Below, one piece after another: positions 25,755-33,435 of a stretch of DNA of 33,435 bases. The position numbers and the translations under genes were made by a program. The DNA is taken from NCBI GenBank assembly GCA_016748015.1, contig JAAOMT010000722.1, positions 1-33,435 of the forward strand. The letters run 5' to 3'. How positions within the stretch are numbered: position 1 is the first letter of the stretch; each line of letters opens with the position of its first letter. The stretch comes from Geosiphon pyriformis uo1. Taxonomy: Eukaryota; Fungi; Glomeromycota. The notes under the pieces were generated by a model that was not told the DNA's origin, searched no databases, and saw only the letters and a program-made list of their open reading frames with translations.

Positions 25755-26331
25755 TCGTCATGGTGGTAGACGAGGATGTAGAAACATCGTAATCCAAATT
25801 ATTAAAGAGTATCATTGAGTTGATGTCAAAAGTTCACTTTGTCTGGTTTTTAACATGCAGCATGCCCCATATAAGTACGCGTAAAATTCAAGCTTCCAAT
25901 ATTTATCGTGTTAAAACTAGGGTGAGTGATTTAAAAGCTGAAGACTTTGCTAGAGTAGCCGAGGAATATAAAGCAAAGCCAGTGACCAAATTAGTAGAGA
26001 AGCATGAAAACAGAGAGCATTAGGTTATACTTTTGGCTTGCTTACTCTGATTATTTTATTGAATCATTAGCAAAAATAAAATCTTGCTCGAGTGACGTCA
26101 CATGTTCACTTTGCCTGATTTTATTGCAGCACGCCCATATAATTATTATATAAAAAGGAAGCAATGGACTAGGTCAATTGAATAAAACCTGTATAGCGTT
26201 CAGTGTAGATTCTTGGCTATTATATTAATTTTCTCCTTAAATATTATTCAATCTAGAACATCAACCTTTTGCCTCGATTCAAATAAATATATAATAAGAG
26301 TAATAATTCTTGTTTTTAATATCTACTATTT

Positions 26332-28060
26332 TCACCTATTTCGTGTCAAAACCTTTTCCGTAAGTTGTATGAGGGAGTATCTGGCCTTGGATTGAGGTAA
26401 TTTTAGAATAGAGGCGATGGCCTTTTGACAATGGGAAGCAGCCAATAACTTTGTTTTTTCAAGTCCTTTACTTTTGAAAACTATTTCCTGTGCCTTTGAA
26501 TAAAAAATATTTGAAATTATTAATCATTTATTATAAGACAGGAAAGAACTTTTAGCGAATTCAAGAGGAATAACAAACCAATTCGATGTCACCTTCGTAT
26601 TTAAATTCACGATCTATCAGCGGCCCAAGCTCTGGATATTCTTCCCAAGCATATAATATGGGTGCAGTGGCCAATCCGAGCTTTAAATCTGCACCCACAG
26701 GTTTTCCGAATTCGTTGGATGTAGCAATGAAATCTAACATATCGTCCACGAGCTACACGAAATCAGAGTAATAAGGATACGTAGAAATTTGATATATGGG
26801 TTTGGATACCTTTTGGGTAAAATAAGCGAGGAATATACCGCCATCAATCCGAAAAAATTGTAACAGGTTTATCAAATAGTATTACGAAAAAAACTCCACC
26901 TGGAATGCCAAACCCAGATTACGGCCATAAGCATATGCAATATCGCTCACTTCTTTAGTACAACCACCCAAAACTGATGCAGCACGACAGCTCTTAGCCA
27001 TCAGACTGGCTGTTTTCATATAGCTTTTTTCCATATAATAATCAAGTCTATTAGGATGATTTTTGTTGCTTCCAAGCTTTCCTTCCGGATTATTTTTTAA
27101 TTGCATAAATTCCCCTTCAACTAAATTTGCAATTACTGTCGCCAATAATTCAATAACCTCGGGATTACGAAGACGGGCCAGTGCAACAGAGGCACGAGCA
27201 AGCAAAAAATCGCCCGCAAGAATGGCCATTTTATTGCCAAAATTAGCGTTAGCTGAAGGAAGATTGCGACGTGATTCAGAAGCATCAATTACATCATCAT
27301 GAAGTAAAGTAGCTGTATGAATCATTTCCGTAATTTCTGCAAGACGGCGTTGAGTTGGTAGAATGCTAGTACCTTCAACCGAGAGTGAGGGATGATAAAG
27401 ATGGGGAGAATCGCAGTTCACAGTTGCCATACCTTCATTAATATTGAAGGATGAAGATGATAATGGTAGGTCTATATTTTGAAAATAATCTGTTTTTGCT
27501 ATTTTTGATTCTTTTGGCGTCAAACTTGTTGCTTGCGCCATTAACAATACAATTAAAGGCCTAATACGTTTTCCCTCAACTGTAAAATAATATTTGCTGA
27601 TTTTTTCCAATACTGGGTGCCCGCTACTCAACAATCTCTTAATGTTTTTCGTGAGATCCACTAAATCACTGCCCAAAAGTTTGATTGGATCAATATATGG
27701 GCCGCCTTTATGACCAACTAACAGCTCGGCTTCAGAAATTGCTTGATTCCATGAAGGTGCATTTTCAATTATCGTCAAATCGCCAGAATTGGGGCCGCTT
27801 GTTATAGAGTTAGCTTCCGGGAGTTTACTTTTAAATACAACATTTCTGAGATTTTTGCACCCATCCGCGATACGTTCAAAGATTGTAATCGGATTTTTAC
27901 CCTGGACAGTTGAATTTGTGGCATCTACAAATGGAGCTGAAGCCGTTGTTAAAATTGTGGATTTTGGGAGGAGCGCCTTAAGCCTATTGTTTCTAAACGA
28001 GGAAATAATACGAAAAGACGAATATTGCCTGGTTATACGATTAAGGAAAGTTTTTTTCAT
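26332..28060 (-). CDS. COQ1: Trans-polyprenyl diphosphate synthase (ubiquinone side chain), 3 exons
   Basis: GKRIRP, EMIHTATLLHDDVID (FARM), AILAGDFLL, GEFMQL, YMKTASL, GLAFQLVDDMLD (SARM), GKPVGADLKLGLATAP. Exons are 28060-26900, 26752-26579 and 26493-26332. The basic N-terminus is mitochondrial-presequence-like. Confidence 0.95.
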
Positions 28061-28452
28061 TGCAAGAGGTTCTCCTTCCTCCACTTCCCTGAACTTGGGG
28101 CATGGAAAATACTTATTCAGAAAAAGACTAGACAATTAGATGAAAGCATTGTGTTTGCGCGTGAAAAATCAAAAAATTTTTTACGTAATGTGTCACCATA
28201 TGAATAGATATCAATGACACATCTAGGTATAGAGAATCTGCACAAACATCAGGGCAACACAAATTTTGCCCAAACTTGAGAAAAATTGTTTTTATTGCAG
28301 CTAATATAAAATGACTTGTCAAGCAGACCGACTTCTTTTTTCCTTGGGCTTTAGTTTACATTTTTGAAATGGTTGATTTCTCCCTATTAAAAAGTTGATA
28401 TAAAAATTAGCTTATAGAAATAATTTTGGTGGACACAAAACGAATTAGAATC
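28061..28452. promoter_or_regulatory. Likely bidirectional promoter between COQ1 and RAB3GAP1
   Basis: Divergent ATGs lie only 392 bp apart. Confidence 0.5.
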
Positions 28453-31400
28453 ATGGACAAACAATTCCCCAACTCCTTGATAGTAGACGACGACAATTTT
28501 GAGTTCGTAGATTATGTTGCCTCTTCCTATTGGGAACGCTTTATTACCACTGTTGAAGAGGTCTTGACTGGTTGGGGTCTTAATGAAGGGAAACTCGGAA
28601 TTTTCGATGAGAAAGATCTACGTTCCTTTCGCCCAATCGATGGTGTTGTCAACCCTTTTGTTCAAAGAGAGATCATTATACTTGACGAAAACTCCTACAC
28701 TTTATCCTACCATTATCATCCTATAGAGTATGATGAGCGTTTTCAATTAGAAAAGGCTTCTTCCGCTGATGATTTGCTACTCAATCTGCAATCACCAGCT
28801 TCCACCTCTAACTTTATTTTACCAAAAAAATTTGATCCTCTTATTCCCAGCTTCGTGTTTCTGCCCCTTTCCTTTCCCAACTCACAAAAAGTTGATCCGC
28901 CAATTAATTTTCATAAAATTCACCGATGGACTGGCCTTACTCATATATTAGTGCTCACGCCGATTTCAATATCAGACCCTTTCCATTCTGGACCCGTATC
29001 TTATTCAACAACCATGGATCTTACCACAACAAAAAATCTACTTTCTTCTTTTGCAATTGCCTTCCGAAACACTAAATGCAAGCTACCTGTTTTTGTACCG
29101 GCAGGACAACTTGTCAATTCACTTTATGCTGGATATATGTGTATCTTTAATCAGGGAAATGATAGATCCCATGGAAATCATGTCGAATTAAAATTTAATA
29201 CAACCTTTACCCGTGATGTTCCTTCTGGCTGTTCACATTTAGCTGGCTTGACTAGTTTATTTTTACAAAAATTGGAATTAACACAGTCGCTGTTTGGTAA
29301 GTTCTTTTTTGATCTATCAGTCGTCTCAATTTTGGGTTCTCATTGCCAAATCAACCCAGCAATATTGAACGCTCTATGCTCAAGTGCGGTGTTTACCTAG
29401 ATCTGATCCAGATATCGTTTCAATCGGGTTCGGTTAACAGATCCGAAAAATGAGTCTTTTGATCTCAATGGTATCTCTGAGCCCAAAATATCGGTTGCAG
29501 CATTATTCTCTTACGAACTGCAAAATTGGGACGATGATGATTGGCGAAGACTTGATGATGATGATGATGATGATGATGATAATGGTGGTGGTGGTGGTGG
29601 TGGTGGTGGTAGTAGTATCAACAATATTAAACCATTGGAAAGCACAGGCCCCCCCTTTGAAGAAGACTTGTTCCTCCAGGACCTTGAAAGAGAAAACGCT
29701 AATGTTTTTGGAAAGCGTAAGGTCGCTCAATTAAATGAATTTTCAGAATCAAACCAAAACCTCAAGCTTTCGCGGATTGCTAGTCTCGTTCCCAATATAC
29801 CCTTCGGGCCTCAGAAAGACCCTCTTAAATCTGTTATCCTCACGGCTTTCTTTCCATCTTCTCCGCGAGATACTTATCTCGATGACGACGTTTTTACCGA
29901 AATAGACGCTGGAAGGGCCCAAATTTGGTTTCTGAAATGCAAGTTTTCTTCAGAAACCCCACCACATGCCTTACTCGCCACCATTCTTGAGGATTCTATA
30001 TCTTCATGGGTTAGGGATCGCTCGAATTCAAAGAGTTCGAAAACAGGTGAAAACAAATTATTTAATGGTAATAACACAAAAAGATCCAATGTTCCAAAGT
30101 TTTCGGGGACATTAAGAGCCCTTGAATCTCACATTTTTGACACTGGGCGCTCAACACGTTTAAATCTTGGTGGAGTTACCATTGTCGATACAGTTGAAAT
30201 AGATAACTTCATCCAAGGTTTATTTGATTCATCACGAAACATTGATAACTCCTTGTTACATTCCCCTGTTGGATCTTCTTGCGGAGTTTCTCTTATTTTA
30301 ACACCTGAATTAAGTCGCAATTTGCGCTATGCCACAACTTTCCCATATAAGTCTTTTTTATGGAATTTTCTTGAATATTTACTAGAGACAGTGTCTCCAA
30401 CCTCTAAGTTTCAGCACTGTTCTTCACTCATGGGATCTCTCAAAATCTTATGGGCTGAAGTGTTAAAACATATTCGCCTGTATTGGGAGAGAGGTGACGC
30501 CATACCAAATATCAACCTCAATACCTTGAATGACAAGTGTTTCTCCAAAAATCCTGTATTTTTGGATCAACGGAACACCACTAGCGTTTATGATGTTGTC
30601 GAGAAAAATTATATGAGCAATATTGGGATTGATATGAGCTCCAATTTGATTCATCAAAAGTTATGCATGATTAATTGTTGTACATCCCGCCTTCAAAAGA
30701 TACAAAAAGAAAATTCCAAACTTTCTATTAGCTCTATATTCAGTAAAACAAGCCTACCATCAAACAGCTCTATGTCTTCATCATTCAACTCCCTCAACAA
30801 GCATAATAAAAATGTATTTGTTTCTATGAATGAACAAAAACAGAAAAATACAGAAGGGAAAAATAACTGTATAATTCCGCTAGATGGTTATGATGATCCT
30901 AATTCAGTTGACCCATCAGAACCTAATGGTGGGATTGAGAATTCAAAGATGGCAAATGTATCAACCAGCGTAGAAAATGTAGGTTTCCTTTACGCAATAA
31001 ATTATGGATATTTGAACATATTAATAGTATTAATATTGATTATATCAATACATAGATGCAGTCTCCAAATGCTGACCTATCTTTTTTTGTACCCGAAGAG
31101 GACGATGAACCATTTCTTACAAACGTATCAGTATCCCCGTTGGGTATTCCTCAAAATGCTGAAAATGCTCACAGATCTGTTTTACAACATCGACCTTCCC
31201 CCTCTTCTTTCTCCCACGGACAATCTTTCTCGCCAACTCATTCTCTCTTTTCTGATCATTCTGATCCGAATATCCACTCATCCTCCTTAACCGAATCTTT
31301 CATTCAACTTAATTATTCCTCTAGCATGGAGTCATCATCGGGATTCGAATTCTCTGGTCGGTCACCTAGGGCAGACAATAAGATTTCCGGGAAAGGGGAA

Positions 31401-33080
31401 TCAAAAGAGGGAGATGAGTGTTTTGAAGTTAAGGACGAGAATATGAGAGAAGGGCATTTATACGTTTTTGAAGGCCATATCTTGCTTAAAACTGGTGAAC
31501 CGATGTGGGTGCCTGCCATACAGGTATTTTGGGTAGATGTATCATTTATGGAATTTTGAATAATCTGACAACTTGGATGTTTAGGACAATGGCTTCATGA
31601 CTGAAGATATGATTCGGGAACAAGAGGAGTATTTTGAGAAGCTGGGAAATTCTGAGGAGGCAGTCAAGAAAAGAGCCCAACTTCAATCTGCCCATTTAAA
31701 ATCTGGTATATTCTCAGTCATATAAAGTTTATTTATATTATAGCTTTAATGACAAGGACACATTAAACTATATCCCAATTATTCCATAAATTAGACATGG
31801 AAGCCTTTAAAGCTGCAAATCCTCATGCTACGTTCGAGGATTTCGTTAGATGGCATTCACCGCGAGACTGGATCCCTAACAACAGTGGTGACATCAATAG
31901 TGGTAATTTAAGTCCTAGAATGGCAAGGGAGGAAAATTTTTGGAAAGAATTGTGGAAGGTATTAATGGTGTTTTATTTCTTTCTGCTCAAACCTAAAAAT
32001 TGAATAATATAATTAATTGCGAAGATAATATCTAATGGATCTAGAATGCACGCAGAATACCTGCCAGTCGACAAAGGCCTTTATTCAATCATAACAGAGA
32101 AGGTGAAAAAGTAGGTGAAAATATGCTTATTTCATTTGTTTGTTTATCTAACTTAAATTTATTTGAACCCTTAATTTCATAGGCTCTTCGCTTTCTTGAG
32201 CAGTTATCAATGCAGGAATTATTTGCGCAGTTAGTTGATTAAGTAGTTTGTAGTAGCAATCTTTTGATGATATTTCGAGGATTACATGATTCTGTTTTTT
32301 AGGGTGCTACCAACTATATTCCTTATCGCTTACGATACATTGGTCTCTCACACTGTTGCCAAATGTATAAAGCCTGTGGCTTTGGGTTTGTCTTCACTCG
32401 CGCAAGAATTAATGAGTCTCCATTGGTCAGAATTAAGGTCCGAAAAGAATTAATATAGTTGCATCATTCGAAAGATAGATTAAAATACTATAAACCGAGC
32501 CTTTTTATATTTATCATTAGATCGGAAAGCCTAGCTTACGAGAAAATAATTGAAAGCTTTCGTGAGAATGAATTAATGTTAGGAAAAGCCATTTCCCTTC
32601 TCCGAAAGGTAAGCCAAATTGTTTTAGCAATATCCATTTATTTGATTGAATATGACTAAAAAAAGGTGATAAAATTCTTTCCAATACGTCAAGTTCCCAA
32701 ATCAATTCAATTTGGTGGAGAGAATCCTCAAGAATCCTGAAACAAGAGTCGAAAAAGGTGATGAACGTGAAGTGGTATACAAATTGTTTGCATCCGGAGG
32801 TATTAGAAATTAATATTTATATTTCATTTTCTTACTGAATGACATGATTTTGGTCAAATTGAAACTTCTTACCCGATTTAGTTGGATGAAATTTTCTCAT
32901 TTATATTCACAATTTGTAGCTTCACTCAATGGTGCTTTCCCACATCCTACAACACGTGAGTTTATCTTAGAAACAGCCAAAAAAAACGACCCTTTAATTT
33001 CGAGGGTAGTCCCGGCGAGGATGTATGTGCTTTTAAGTGAAAATGGAATGCGTTTGGTCGAAATGGGTGGCAAAGCATGA
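28453..33080 (+). CDS. RAB3GAP1: Rab3 GTPase-activating protein catalytic subunit (Rab18 GEF subunit), multi-exon
   Basis: N-terminal FEFVDYVASSYWERFITTVEEVL..W, IHRWTGL, LIHQKLCMINCC, LLKTGEPMWVPAIQ, MTEDMI, DMEAFKAANPHATFEDFVRWHSPRDW, LSPRM and IPASRQRPLF are diagnostic of this family. Confidence 0.93.
29554..29610 (+). repeat. Coding compound microsatellite (GAT)9-AAT-(GGT)9 encoding D9-N-G9
   Basis: In frame with RAB3GAP1 exon 2 (...WRRL DDDDDDDDD N GGGGGGGGG SSINN...). Confidence 0.9.
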
Positions 33081-33435
33081 TGTCATGGGGAATTTTTATC
33101 TATAAATCTAATGCTATGTATAGTTTAGACTGAAATAGAATCACAGCGATTTAATAAATCAAAAGTAACATAGTTATTAGTTATTAGAAATATAATTTGT
33201 AGCAATTTGTAGATCTAAAGAACAATATATAAAAATAAGAATATATAGTTTCTATTGTACACGAAGAAATATCAAAATGTTCACATCTAAAATACTTTAA
33301 GTAATAAAAGTTCATTTTTCTTTACAGAAATGACATGTCCTTCACTTTCATCAGTGCAAGATGAAGACGCATGGCAAGTCTAAGAAAGGAAAACAGATGT
33401 AGAATTAGTTTATGATTGTAAAAAAAAAAAAAAAA
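32207..33435. repeat. Terminal direct repeat, copy 2 (matches 1-1229), including the last exon of a second TTC39-like copy at about 33322-33380 (-)
   Basis: Same sequence as 1-1229. The window ends at the last A of the A16 run. Confidence 0.97.

Larger units (their letters stand above)
21040..26136. mobile_element. Putative Sola2-type DNA transposon, non-autonomous, with cargo or nested inserts (right end 25868 or 26136)
   Basis: The left end atat|GGGGacaaagtgaacatgtgacgtcatacgagca is inverted to tgctcgagtgacgtcacatgttcactttg...CCC|atat at 26085-26140 (27/29 over the core). A second right-end copy lies at about 25817-25872. A transposase relic lies inside. Confidence 0.65.

Noticed and set aside
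26882-28135. 417-aa ORF taken as the complete COQ1
   Set aside because: It starts at a TTG and runs into intron 1. The eukaryotic start is the ATG at 28060 and two more exons supply the SARM and C-terminus.
29450-29734. ORFs with poly-M/poly-V and poly-T/poly-I tracts
   Set aside because: These are alternative-frame shadows of the (GAT)n(GGT)n repeat within RAB3GAP1 exon 2.

Overview
AT-rich, intron-containing eukaryotic DNA, most consistent with a Glomeromycota (arbuscular-mycorrhizal lineage) fungus. The gene content (tyrosine-kinase-like kinases, MATH-BTB, RAB3GAP1) and the LINE C-termini support this; the LINE C-termini resemble repeats I recall from Geosiphon-type genomes, which was not checked by search. 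Apparently intact genes: TTC39/IML2-like (-), an aldo-keto reductase (+), an intronless MATH-BTB gene (-), COQ1 (-) and the Rab3-GAP catalytic subunit (+). A TKL kinase carries one in-frame stop and has two degenerate copies nearby. Bases 1-1229 reappear at 32207-33435, so the window is one 32,206-bp unit with terminal redundancy (tandem duplication, circle or assembly overlap). The most interesting accessory structure is a ~5-kb interval (21040-25868/26136) bounded by inverted GGG...CCC termini with ATAT flanks. It holds a decayed Sola2-type transposase, a decayed LRR gene resembling those of Mollicutes-related endobacteria, and a decayed Crinkler-like PD-(D/E)XK nuclease gene. Also present are a 291-bp MITE with perfect 40-bp TIRs and an 8-bp TSD, and a ~9-kb AT-rich tract of LINE and kinase relics showing a G>A/C>T bias. 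All calls were made by eye from the sequence and ORF track; no database searches were run.
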